In this document: positions 46,171 through 55,690 of the stretch, in pieces
Numbering within the stretch: the first letter of the stretch is position 1
How the letters are laid out: each line of letters opens with the position of its first letter
Source of the DNA: Abditibacterium sp.
Lineage (GTDB): Bacteria > Armatimonadota > Abditibacteriia > Abditibacteriales > Abditibacteriaceae
Assembly (NCBI GenBank): GCA_965246885.1
Contig: OZ251992.1
Location: forward strand, 3,360,001-3,424,000
Direction of reading: 5' to 3'
Length of the DNA: 64,000 bases
Notes under the pieces: generated by a model
What the model saw: the letters and a program-made list of their open reading frames with translations, nothing else
What the model was told of the DNA's origin: nothing
The model's database searches: none
Made by a program: the position numbers and the translations under genes

Positions 46171-47265
46171 ATGGCGGGCGTGAACCTTCAATCTGTCGCT
46201 GAGTGGCGCGAACTGTTGGGCTGGCTCGACCGCGTTTTGCTCGAAACCGACGCGCTGTTGCCTGTTGAAGCGCGCACCTTCTCGCCCGACCAGCACGCCC
46301 GCGCCACTTTGGGGCGCCCCGGTGCCGCTCCCGCCGCCATCGAAGCCGCGCAAAAGCGGCTCGGCGCCGTCTTTCCGCCTTCCTACCGCGCGTTTCTGGA
46401 AGCCAGCGACGGAATGGACGCGATGGGGTTCTGGGGGTTGCCCGGAAGATTGTGGGGCACCACCGAGGTCGCGTGGCTACGGGAGCAAGACCCCGAACTT
46501 ATCGAGATTTGGACGGATGGCAACGACGACATGGCGCCGATGCAAAACGCCCTCGCCGTATCCGAAAGCGGCGACGCCTGTCTGATATTTCTGTGCCCCG
46601 ACTGGCGCACCGACGGGAGCGAGTGGGAGTGCTGGAAGCACGCCAGTTGGGTTCCCGGCGAAATCCGCTACGCCTCGTTTGGCGAGTGGTTGCTCGGCAA
46701 TGAATGGAGGGCGGCTTACGACGCGTGGCGCGTCGCCAAGCGCAACGAGCGGCTGCGGGCCGTTCCCATCCCTGCACCTTTGACGCTGTGGACGGAGGAG
46801 GCGCTCCGCTTTTGGGTGTTGGGCGTGGGCTGCGAACTGCTGCCCGTCGAAGCCGCGCAGAGGTGGGGCAAAACTGCGCTCCCAAACGTGGACACCGACG
46901 CCCCGGAGTTCTTCGCGCGCTTCAACTTCGAGAACGTCACCGACACCGGCTTTACCCGCCTTCCCAACCCGCGCGGCCAAAGCGCCAACACGGGCAAAGT
47001 CCTGACCGCGCTCCTCGCCGCCATGCAACAAGCTGTGCGCGACGAGCCGGACGAGGCCGACTGCCTCCTGTTCTGGCTGTCTCACCTCGACTACCGCTTG
47101 CTATCTCATGCGCTGACCGAGCGCATCGCGGCGTGGGAGCGCAAAAACGAGAAGGCGCCGCCGCGCGACCTGCCCGCGTTTTGGCGCGCCCAAGACGAAA
47201 AGCGCGCCTTTTGCCGCACCTTGGCCAACGGGTTACGGGTGCTCAATGGACAGTTGAACGCTTGA
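46171..47265 (+). CDS. SMI1/KNR4 (SUKH) family protein with C-terminal extension
   Basis: PGAAPAAIEAAQKRLGAVFPPSYRAFLEASDG; EWECW..ASW.PG..RYASFGEW. Confidence 0.85.
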   Translation: MAGVNLQSVAEWRELLGWLDRVLLETDALLPVEARTFSPDQHARATLGRPGAAPAAIEAAQKRLGAVFPPSYRAFLEASDGMDAMGFWGLPGRLWGTTEVAWLREQDPELIEIWTDGNDDMAPMQNALAVSESGDACLIFLCPDWRTDGSEWECWKHASWVPGEIRYASFGEWLLGNEWRAAYDAWRVAKRNERLRAVPIPAPLTLWTEEALRFWVLGVGCELLPVEAAQRWGKTALPNVDTDAPEFFARFNFENVTDTGFTRLPNPRGQSANTGKVLTALLAAMQQAVRDEPDEADCLLFWLSHLDYRLLSHALTERIAAWERKNEKAPPRDLPAFWRAQDEKRAFCRTLANGLRVLNGQLNA

Positions 47266-47288
47266 GGGCGCGGCTCGTTTGTCGAAAA

Positions 47289-48356
47289 TCAGGCGATGGC
47301 TCCCAAAGCGCGCAGGGCTTCAACGGGCAGTTCGCGCTCGAACAGCAGTTTCTGTTGCTTTTCGACGGCGTAAATGACTTCGATCCAGCCGGTCGAAGCG
47401 CCGGGGACGGTGGACGCATACACGGTGCCCACGTTCGTTTGTTTGACCTGCTTGATGCCGTAACTGGCGGCTTTGGCCCAATCCTGCGCTTCCAAGGCGC
47501 GCACGGTGGGTTCGAGGGCGCTTGCTGGCAGACCGAAAACGCGCTTGCGGTTGAACCACCGGTCGGTTTCTTCCGAAAAGCGCCGCGAGGCTGCCGCCGC
47601 CGGAATAAGGGCCGCAAACGCCGACGCCAAGCCGATTTCGCCCATCAATAGGATGACGTAGCCGATGCCGTCGAGGTGCGTTCCCGAACTGCTGCCGTTG
47701 ATGCTGGAAGTATGGTCGTCGCGCAGCGTCACGCCGTACTTGTAGTTTTCGCGCCAGTAAAGGCCGATGGCGCGCGGGAGGGTGAACTTTTTGGCGAGAC
47801 CGGCGCGCACTTGCGCGGGGGAAGGGCCGCCTTTGCCCGATGACGCGATGCGTTGCGAGAAGGCGTCCAGTATCTCGCTACGCATCTCCGCCGCCGCGAG
47901 GGTGTGGTAGGTGCCATAAAGCGCGAGCGTGCCGAGCACGCCCCATCCTGCCGCAAAACGCGCCGAGCGCACCTTGCCGACGGTGGCGGCGATGAACAGA
48001 ATAGCGCCCAGCGCGCCGCCCATGATCAACTGCGTGAACAAAAGCGTGTTGAAGTTGGGCGCGAGGAAGTGCCACATGGCGCCCACTAAAGCGCCGCCGC
48101 CCAGCGACAGGACGAGCATGAGCGGCCACGCGAGCGGGCCGACTTTACCAGATGGTTTGTAGCTCGTCTTGACGACGGAAAGGCGCGTGCCGCCCGTACC
48201 ACTGTTGACCTTGGCGTTGGTAGCCATGATTTCTTGGACGGACTTGGGCAGGTTGGCGGAGTCGGGCGAGGGTTTCGACGCGAAGGGCGGGGGCGTTCCC
48301 GGCTCGTGCGAGGAAGAAGAAAAGGGCGAGTTGTCGCCGGGCGATGGGTTTTTCAT
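47289..48356 (-). CDS. Hypothetical membrane protein
   Basis: 355 aa, about 4 TM helices, YKPSGK motif. Confidence 0.75.
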   Translation of the reverse strand: MKNPSPGDNSPFSSSSHEPGTPPPFASKPSPDSANLPKSVQEIMATNAKVNSGTGGTRLSVVKTSYKPSGKVGPLAWPLMLVLSLGGGALVGAMWHFLAPNFNTLLFTQLIMGGALGAILFIAATVGKVRSARFAAGWGVLGTLALYGTYHTLAAAEMRSEILDAFSQRIASSGKGGPSPAQVRAGLAKKFTLPRAIGLYWRENYKYGVTLRDDHTSSINGSSSGTHLDGIGYVILLMGEIGLASAFAALIPAAAASRRFSEETDRWFNRKRVFGLPASALEPTVRALEAQDWAKAASYGIKQVKQTNVGTVYASTVPGASTGWIEVIYAVEKQQKLLFERELPVEALRALGAIA

Positions 48357-48379
48357 GGGCGTGGTGGAAGCGGGCCGGG

Positions 48380-49471
48380 TTAGATGGGTTGGAACGGCGA
48401 AGCCGAGGACGAGCCGGACGGGTTGGAAGACGGGCCGCTCGCGGCGCGCGGCGCTTCGGCGTGCAAGCGGGCAAGTAAGGCGGCGCGCGTGGGTTCGTCC
48501 TCACACGCTAAGACCGCCGACGCGCGCCGATTCTTGTCGAGCGCGTCGTGGTAGGACACCTTGACCGCCGGATAGCGGCGCAGGCCGTGCGCGAGCAACC
48601 CCGTTCGGATTTTCCACGCACCCGTCGGCACGAGGAGCCACACGCCCGCGCGTTGCTCGGTCATTCTCCCTTCCAAGCGCTTCGAGGCGTCGAGGAGCGA
48701 AGCGAACGCGAAGGTGCCGTCTTCGAGGTGCACGGTGCGGGCGGGCACGTTGAGGAAGCGCCCCGTCGCTTTGGCGTGCAAGCGCAGTTTGCCACTGAGA
48801 CGCAAGGGAATCGCTTGGTCGGCGGGAATCGGTGCGGGCGCGACACCCGGCGCTTTCTGAGGCCAGAACACCACGTTGCGCGCGAGCGACAAGCCCACGA
48901 AGCACAGCGCCGTTCCGCCTGTGAAGGCCAGCCACAGCGCGGGCACGAGCGGCGCAGGTGGTGTTTGTCCGGCGCACAGCCACGTCGTGGTTTCCATCGG
49001 CACACCGCCAACTTGCGCATCGGTACTGGCGACGTGGGAGCGCACGTCGCTCGACATGCCGCGCATCATGCCGCTTATCTTCACCGGAAACGGTTTGGCG
49101 CCCGCGTATTCGCCCGGCTTCACCTGCACCCAGATGCCTTGGGGACTGTGCTTGTCCAAAAGGGCGACCAAGTCGTACGAGGAGGAGTTCCCCTCGACCG
49201 AAACGCGCGCTTTGGGAATCACGACGCCGCTTACCGACACGTACAGGTGCTTCGAGGTGCTGGCTGCGGTGTTGGCGAAAGCGGCGACGGTGATGGGGCG
49301 CGGGTTGACGGTGTTGAAGCGCGCATCGTCCCACGCATCATGCGAAATGAAGACGCCCAGCAAGGCGACCAACACCGCCAGCCAGTTAGAGGGGATGCCA
49401 TTGACCGAATAGCGCGACATCCGATCGCTCCACAACGCGAGAAGGCCCAAAGGGGCGAGCAGAAACGACAT
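48380..49471 (-). CDS. Hypothetical membrane protein (paralog of 49595-50689)
   Basis: 363 aa; colinear similarity to the upstream paralog. Confidence 0.8.
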   Translation of the reverse strand: MSFLLAPLGLLALWSDRMSRYSVNGIPSNWLAVLVALLGVFISHDAWDDARFNTVNPRPITVAAFANTAASTSKHLYVSVSGVVIPKARVSVEGNSSSYDLVALLDKHSPQGIWVQVKPGEYAGAKPFPVKISGMMRGMSSDVRSHVASTDAQVGGVPMETTTWLCAGQTPPAPLVPALWLAFTGGTALCFVGLSLARNVVFWPQKAPGVAPAPIPADQAIPLRLSGKLRLHAKATGRFLNVPARTVHLEDGTFAFASLLDASKRLEGRMTEQRAGVWLLVPTGAWKIRTGLLAHGLRRYPAVKVSYHDALDKNRRASAVLACEDEPTRAALLARLHAEAPRAASGPSSNPSGSSSASPFQPI

Positions 49472-49594
49472 GGGAAGGGTGTTTCTCCGACTCCAGCAAA
49501 TTCGCCCTTTGTTTTATCAGCTTTTCGCGCCGCCTGCCGCAACTTTTTTCCGCGCCGCGTCTCTTGTGCCGCCGCCCGCGACTCCGGCACCCCC

Positions 49595-50689
49595 TCAGAT
49601 AGCCTCAAACGGCGAGGCCGAGGAGGAGTTGGACGCGCCGCGCGCGGCTTCTTGGTGCAAGCGGGCGAGAAGCGCGGCGCGCGTGGTCTCGTCGTCGCAA
49701 GCGAAGATGGCGCTCACGCGGCGGCCTTTGTCGAGCGCGTCAAAGTATTGGATTTTGAACGCGGGGTAGAGCTTGGTGCCGCACGCCAGAACGCCGTTTC
49801 GGGTCTGGAAGGGGCCGGTGGGAAGCAAAAGCCAGTCGCCTGCGCGCACCGGTTGAACGCGCGAGCCGGGTTCTCTGGTGGGGTCAACAAGGGCGGTGAC
49901 GGCAAGGGCGCCGTCTTTGGTGGCGACGGTTTGCGCGGGCACGTTCAGGAAGCGGCCCGCTTTTTTGGGGCCAGCGCGCAAGCGTCCGGTGACGCGAAGC
50001 GGGATGCTCGCGTTGGGCGCGACCTTGGCGGGCGGGGCCGATGGGAGCGTAGCGCGCGCTCCGGAATCGGGCCAAAAGACGGTATTGCGAGCGAGCGAGG
50101 CTCCCACGAGAAGCAGCGTTCCTACGCCGCACGTCACAAAGGTAAAGCCCGCCCAAAACGCGCTGGAAGGGGTGTTGCCCGCTTCGAGCCATACGTGCTG
50201 TTGCATAATTGCGCCGCCAATCTGGGGGACTCTGCCAACGAAATGGGTGTCGAAGTCGTCCGAAGGGCGGCCCATGAGACCCACGACGCGCGCGGGGAAC
50301 GGCTTCTGACCGGCGTATTCGCCCGGCGCGGTTTTGAGCCAGATGCCCTCGCGCCCGCCCTTGTCGAGAAACGCCACCAAGTCGTATTTGCCGTTCTTGG
50401 TGACGCTGTCCACAACGGAGAAACGGTCGCGGGGCAACACAACGCCCGCCACATCCACATACCAGTGGGCGTAGCGCGCGTCCGCCAAACTCGTGAACTG
50501 CCCAATGGACAGCACTTGCGGGCGCTTGCCGTTCAAGTGGGCGTCCTTCCACGACTCGGTCGAAGCGCCGAATATCAAGAGCAGGAAGGCGACGGCGGCC
50601 CAGTTCATGGGCACGCCCTTGAGAGAAGAGCGCGACAACCGGTCGCTCACGAAGGCGATTAGCCCCAAAGGGCGCAGCAGAAAGCTCAT
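49595..50689 (-). CDS. Hypothetical membrane protein (paralog of 48380-49471)
   Basis: 364 aa; shared MSFLL.PLGL, GIW...PGEYAG.KPFP, RNxVFWP, IPLR..G.LR, GRFLNVPA, SSSASPF. Confidence 0.8.
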   Translation of the reverse strand: MSFLLRPLGLIAFVSDRLSRSSLKGVPMNWAAVAFLLLIFGASTESWKDAHLNGKRPQVLSIGQFTSLADARYAHWYVDVAGVVLPRDRFSVVDSVTKNGKYDLVAFLDKGGREGIWLKTAPGEYAGQKPFPARVVGLMGRPSDDFDTHFVGRVPQIGGAIMQQHVWLEAGNTPSSAFWAGFTFVTCGVGTLLLVGASLARNTVFWPDSGARATLPSAPPAKVAPNASIPLRVTGRLRAGPKKAGRFLNVPAQTVATKDGALAVTALVDPTREPGSRVQPVRAGDWLLLPTGPFQTRNGVLACGTKLYPAFKIQYFDALDKGRRVSAIFACDDETTRAALLARLHQEAARGASNSSSASPFEAI

Positions 50690-50761
50690 AAGGAAGCCTT
50701 GGAAGAACCGGCAATTATCTTAACTGCTTCGGCATTGGTTGGGCGCTCCTTGGCCGATGTC

Positions 50762-52162
50762 TTAACCCCCGCGCCGCACCATCCACTGCGTCCTGCCGAA
50801 GCGGATGGTTTCACCGCCGCGCAACGCGACAGGGGTGTTGGCCGTCATCTTTTGCCCGTTGATAAAGGTGCCGTTGGTCGAGGCGAGGTCGGTGAGAGCA
50901 AGGCCGTCGGTCGTGCGCTCCAGTTTGGCGTGGCGGCTCGAAGTGCCGTCGTCCTTGAGTTGCCACGTGTTTCCCTCGGCGCGGCCAACGGTGGCGCTTC
51001 CCGTTTCGACGCCCAAGCGAAAGCCGGTGAGGGCGTTACCGATAGCCGGGGAGAACGTCCACACAAGCGGGGTGGGCGCGACGGGGACGGGGGAGGACGC
51101 GGCGGGAGCAGCGATGGGCGCGGTCTGTCCGGGAAATGTGGGCGTGGGAAGCGGGTCGCGCGCCGCCGACTTGGAGCGGTCGTTGAAGCGGAACGTGGTG
51201 GCGCCAATTTGCAAGCGGGAGCCGGGCGGCAGGGGCGCGCCCGTTTGCATTTGCCCGTTGATTAAGATGGGTTCGCCCTGCCAGAACCAACTGCCGCCTT
51301 GGAAGACAAGCGCGCCGACTTGGGGGGCGAGGGTTTCATCCCGGAAGAGGGACAAATCGCAACTGCCGCCGCGCCCGACAGTCAGGCGGGCTTTGCCGAG
51401 CGGGTACTCTTTGCCCTCGTAGGGGCCGGTGGAGATGCCAAGGAGCCACGCCGACTTGAGCGTTTCTTGCACTAAGCGCGTCGCGCCGCCCAAGAACGCG
51501 CCGAGCAAGACCACGCCCACCAAACGCGGCAGGAAGTCGGGTGCGCCTTTGCCAAGCGAAACCGCGATGAAGTTGAACAGCGTGCCACCGATGAAGCCGC
51601 CGATGCCACCACCCAAAGCGCCGCGCGATATTTGGCCTTGATCGCCGCGCAGGATGCCGATGGACGCGCCCACGCCCGCGCCAAACAGCGCCCAACCAAG
51701 TCCGCGAATCAAAGAAGCCATGACCAACACGCCGCCACTCATTTCGCCCCCGCCGCCACCGCCAACGGCCACGAACACCATGCCGACCGAATACAGCACT
51801 TGCGCCGCCGCGCCCGATACCAAGCCCAAAAAGAAGAACAAGGGGAGTCCCGGCCCCAAGTCGCGGAACCACTTCCCGCGCAGCGACGACAGGTTCTCCC
51901 ACGCGAGGAGCGCCACGCCCATGACCAAGCCAATCACCGCTACCCACGCGGACGACATCGCCAGCGTTTTCGTGACCATTTGCGATAGGGAGGTGAACTG
52001 GCGCGTTGGGTCTACCATGCCCATGATCGGCTCGCTGGCGCCAAAGCCCAGTAGCCCCGCGACGGCGCCCACCGCGACGGTTTTCCACAGCGCGGCGGAC
52101 GACAGCGCACTCGCCAAGGCCGACTTGGGCGCAGGGGCGGGGGAAGACGCCGGAGATTGCAT
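50762..52162 (-). CDS. Membrane protein with two C-terminal FHA domains
   Basis: Gly-rich TM region; VGRGGSCD and VGRAEGN...SSRHA...DLASTNGTFING FHA motifs. Confidence 0.88.
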   Translation of the reverse strand: MQSPASSPAPAPKSALASALSSAALWKTVAVGAVAGLLGFGASEPIMGMVDPTRQFTSLSQMVTKTLAMSSAWVAVIGLVMGVALLAWENLSSLRGKWFRDLGPGLPLFFFLGLVSGAAAQVLYSVGMVFVAVGGGGGGEMSGGVLVMASLIRGLGWALFGAGVGASIGILRGDQGQISRGALGGGIGGFIGGTLFNFIAVSLGKGAPDFLPRLVGVVLLGAFLGGATRLVQETLKSAWLLGISTGPYEGKEYPLGKARLTVGRGGSCDLSLFRDETLAPQVGALVFQGGSWFWQGEPILINGQMQTGAPLPPGSRLQIGATTFRFNDRSKSAARDPLPTPTFPGQTAPIAAPAASSPVPVAPTPLVWTFSPAIGNALTGFRLGVETGSATVGRAEGNTWQLKDDGTSSRHAKLERTTDGLALTDLASTNGTFINGQKMTANTPVALRGGETIRFGRTQWMVRRGG

Positions 52163-52190
52163 GGCCAAAGTGTGACCGCGTGCGGCGCCC

Positions 52191-53591
52191 TTGTCCGAGG
52201 AGGGCACGCTCGCGCTCGCGCGGCGTCCAATCAGGGCTTTGCTCGCCCCGTTCCTGTTCCCCGACACCGCGCGCTTTGTGCCCGTTCCGCCGCAGTTCGC
52301 GCACATGGTGGCGCCCGCCGAGGTGGGGCTGTTCGAGTGGACGGACTATCACTTCCACTTTCCCGGCGCGCATGCGCTTCGCGTGGACGGTGCGACGGTT
52401 CAAAAGCTGGCGCCGCACGTGTGGCGGGTGCGTTGGGAGAACCGCGCAGGGGCGGCGCGGGTGGTGCCGGATGCGGGTGAAGCGCTCGCAGTCGAGGTGC
52501 TGTCACCCAAGTTCCCGACGTTTGCCGCGCACATCGGCTTTTTCGCGGCGCTCTGGCGCGAGTTGGCGGCGCGCTTTCCACCGCTTCTTTGGCAAGCGGG
52601 TGGCGGAACGATGCGCGGCGCTCTGGTGGCGCGCGGGCAACCGTCGCCGGAAGAGGTGCTCGATTGGCTGCAGATGTGGGGCGAGGAGATGGAAGCGGTC
52701 GGGCGCGCGTTGGAGCGGCAGCCCTCTTTGTCGTTGCGGCGCGAAGAGGTCGAGGCGCCCGTCGAACAGGCGCGGCGCATTGAGGGCGGGCAGCTAAGCG
52801 CGATGCTGAGCGGTTCATGGGAGCGGAGCGGGAGTCGCGCGCTTCCCCGGCGCGTGTTGCAAGAGCGTTGGCACGACTCGCCCTCCCCTTTGCTCATGCG
52901 CTTTGGCGATTTGGCGGCGCGCGTGGTGCAAGGAGTGGGGCCGCTTCCCGAAGGCGCGACGTGGCGCAAACGGTTGGGAGCATGGGGCAAGCCTTGCGCG
53001 ACGTTGCCGCCCCTTCTGGCGCGCGACCCGCTCGCGGTGCGCGTGCTGGCGCTGGAAGCCGCGTATGGCGTGGCGCAAACGCCGGTGTGGGGGCCAATCG
53101 AACGCGCCGCGCGCTTGCGGGATGTAGCGACGCTGTGGGAGTGGTGGGTGCTATTAGCGCTCGTCCGCGAGTTGGAAGCCGCAACCGGGGAGCGCGCCGA
53201 TTGGGGCGGGGCCTTCGATGTGCAACTGGGTTTGCGCGCGCCCGCTCTCCTTGGGTTCGGCGCCCGCTCGCTGCTTTATAATGGCGCGACGCCCTCGTAT
53301 TCGACGCCGCTTCGTCCCGACTTCGTGCTCCGCGATGGGGCGGGGCGCCCCGTTGCGGCGTTGGATGCCAAGTTCCGCGTGTCGGTCGAGCGCGGGAGCG
53401 TGGTGGGCGATGACCTGCACAAGATGCACGCTTACCGCGATGCGCTCGGCGTGCGGGTGGCGGTTGCGCTTCATCCCGGCGAGAGGAGCGTTTTCTACGA
53501 CCAAGCGCGCGGCCCGCTCGCCGTGTGGAACTTGCGCGCGGCGCTGGGCGGCGCGCTGTCGGGCGTGGGCGCGTGGGGGTTAAGGCCGTAA
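52191..53591 (+). CDS. McrC-like DUF2357 / PD-(D/E)XK nuclease
   Basis: LRDVATLWEWW, LRPDFVL, LDAKFR, DDLHKMHAYRDAL; start uncertain. Confidence 0.8.
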   Translation: MSEEGTLALARRPIRALLAPFLFPDTARFVPVPPQFAHMVAPAEVGLFEWTDYHFHFPGAHALRVDGATVQKLAPHVWRVRWENRAGAARVVPDAGEALAVEVLSPKFPTFAAHIGFFAALWRELAARFPPLLWQAGGGTMRGALVARGQPSPEEVLDWLQMWGEEMEAVGRALERQPSLSLRREEVEAPVEQARRIEGGQLSAMLSGSWERSGSRALPRRVLQERWHDSPSPLLMRFGDLAARVVQGVGPLPEGATWRKRLGAWGKPCATLPPLLARDPLAVRVLALEAAYGVAQTPVWGPIERAARLRDVATLWEWWVLLALVRELEAATGERADWGGAFDVQLGLRAPALLGFGARSLLYNGATPSYSTPLRPDFVLRDGAGRPVAALDAKFRVSVERGSVVGDDLHKMHAYRDALGVRVAVALHPGERSVFYDQARGPLAVWNLRAALGGALSGVGAWGLRP

Positions 53592-53639
53592 GCGGCGGAC
53601 GCCTTTGCGAGACCCCGCCCTGATGCCCACACTGAACCC

Positions 53640-55607
53640 ATGACATCCAAACGCCGATTCGACCGCTCCTCGCCTGACGTGGCGCGGTTCATCGTGAAAA
53701 GGCTCGTCCCGCAGCCCAAGGCGCGCCGCTTCGCGCTCCATATTCTGCGCGAGGCGCTCCTGCTTGCGCAGGCGACGGACGCCGCATCGTGGGGCGCGAC
53801 GCTACTTCCCAACCGCGTGCGTTTGAACGTCAATCGCGGCGAACTGTGGGCGCTTTCGGAGGGGCAGTTGGAGTTCTTGGCGCTGGGCCAGCCCTCCGAA
53901 ACAACGGCCCAAGTCGAAGCGGGGGCGCGGCGCTCCCTGCCCGAAGCGGTGCGCGTGACGCTCCCTGTCGAAGCCTTGGAGCGCGAGTGGCCGGGGTGGA
54001 AGCCGCACTTCGAGGCGGCTCTGGAGCGGAGCGCGAGCGAGTTCGCGGGGCAGAACTTCCAGCGTCCAGCGTGGCGAAGCGGCCATTCGGCGGGCCTTAT
54101 TACGCTTCTACGGGAGGAGTTCGGCGACGCGCCGACGCCCTCGTATGCCGAGGAAACTTCGGCACTTGAAGCTCCAAACGAACCCGTCGCGCGCGCGCCC
54201 AAGCGCAGGGCGGGTGCACTTGAAACGCTGCGGGCGGGCGTGGCGCGGGCGGGGTTGGCGTTGGAGGACGGCCACCTCGCGGCGTTTTTTACGGCATTGC
54301 AAACCAAGGGTTTCGTCGTGCTGAGTGGGCCGAGCGGCACGGGCAAGAGCCGCCTCGCGTTGGAGTTCGCGGCGCTGTTGCCCCAAGGCGCGGCCCCGGC
54401 GGGCGCGCGGCTGTTGGCCCCTTCGCGCGCGACGTTGGCGGGAGGGCGCTTGCCGCTTCCATCGGCGCTGGCGGAGGACATCGTGCGTTTGTCGCGCCCG
54501 TTTCGCGCTGGCGAGAAGCGCGAGATCGCGCTCGACTGCGACGGCGCGGCCCTGCCCGCATCGCTGGGACGCGAGGGGGCATCTCTCGTGGTGCGCGTCA
54601 AAGGCGCGGCGCGGGCGTGCATGGAGTCGAGCTTCACGGCGGGGCCATCCGAAGGCGAGATAGAGTTGGACGAAGGGCGCTTGGCGCTCCGCTTGCTGCC
54701 GGTCGCGGCGGCGCGCGGCGAAGCGAACCACCTGTTCCTATCGGTGCGGGCCGACTGGCGCGATTCGTCGGCGCTCTTGGGGCACTTCAATCCCATCCTC
54801 AACCGTTACGAGTGGACGCCCCTGCTGCGCTTCTTGCTCCGCGCCCAAAGCGCGTGGAAAGCCGGGTCGCCCGCGCCGTTTTTCGTCATTCTCGACGAGA
54901 TGAACCTCGCGCGCACCGAAGCCTACTTCGCGGACTTCCTGTCCGTTCTGGAAGCGGGCCGGAGCGAGTCGGGCGCGTCGCGCGAGCCAATCCGCCTCGC
55001 CTTCGACCCGCGCGCAACCGGGGAGTTGCCGCCCGCCGAACTCTTCTTGCCGCCCAACCTCTTCTTCATCGGCACGCTCAACGACGACGAAACCGCGCAC
55101 CCGCTCGCGCCCAAAGTCTTAGACAGGGCGTGGCCGCTCGAATCGCCGCCCGTTGACTTCGAGGGTTACGACCCCGCCCGCGCGGGAGATGCCGCCCCGC
55201 CCGACGCGCCTGTTCTGGCCGAACTCCTCGCGCGCGGTGGGCAATTCGCGGGTTTCGACAAGGCTCTCGTCGCCGAGGAACTGCGCCGCGAACCAGCATG
55301 GCGGGCCGATTTGGTGGCCCTCCACACCGCGTTGTCGGAGTGGGAGCGCGGCTTTGGCTTTCGCGCCTTCGACGAGATCGTCGCCTTCGTTGCCATCGCC
55401 CGCGACAACGGCATGTGGCCGAGCGCGCGCGACGCCTTCGATGCCGCCGTAGCCGCCAAGATTGCGCCCCGCTTGCGCGGCTCCGGCGCGGGTGTCGAAG
55501 GTGCGCTTTCCGCCCTCGAAGCGTGGGCGGGCGAGCGCCACTTCCCCCGCACCGCCCGTGCCGCGCAACGGAAGCGGGGGCATTTGGAGCGGGAGGGGTG
55601 GGTGTGA
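53640..55607 (+). CDS. McrB-like AAA+ GTPase
   Basis: LSGPSGTGKS Walker A, VRADW.DS..LLG, ILDEMNLAR.E.YFADFLS Walker B, GTLNDDET (NxD), KVLDRA, FGFR, KIAPRLRG. Confidence 0.88.
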   Translation: MTSKRRFDRSSPDVARFIVKRLVPQPKARRFALHILREALLLAQATDAASWGATLLPNRVRLNVNRGELWALSEGQLEFLALGQPSETTAQVEAGARRSLPEAVRVTLPVEALEREWPGWKPHFEAALERSASEFAGQNFQRPAWRSGHSAGLITLLREEFGDAPTPSYAEETSALEAPNEPVARAPKRRAGALETLRAGVARAGLALEDGHLAAFFTALQTKGFVVLSGPSGTGKSRLALEFAALLPQGAAPAGARLLAPSRATLAGGRLPLPSALAEDIVRLSRPFRAGEKREIALDCDGAALPASLGREGASLVVRVKGAARACMESSFTAGPSEGEIELDEGRLALRLLPVAAARGEANHLFLSVRADWRDSSALLGHFNPILNRYEWTPLLRFLLRAQSAWKAGSPAPFFVILDEMNLARTEAYFADFLSVLEAGRSESGASREPIRLAFDPRATGELPPAELFLPPNLFFIGTLNDDETAHPLAPKVLDRAWPLESPPVDFEGYDPARAGDAAPPDAPVLAELLARGGQFAGFDKALVAEELRREPAWRADLVALHTALSEWERGFGFRAFDEIVAFVAIARDNGMWPSARDAFDAAVAAKIAPRLRGSGAGVEGALSALEAWAGERHFPRTARAAQRKRGHLEREGWV

Positions 55608-55611
55608 ACTT

Positions 55612-55655
55612 GGGGGACATGCATAGAAAAAAACCTTTTCTATGTATGTGCCCCC
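55612..55655. terminator. AT-rich inverted repeat between the convergent McrB-like and Fic genes
   Basis: GGGGG-ACATGCATAGAAAA / TTTTCTATGTATGT-g-CCCCC. Confidence 0.5.
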
Positions 55656-55690
55656 CTCCCCGTCCAAAAAAGCGATTTATTTATGCATAT

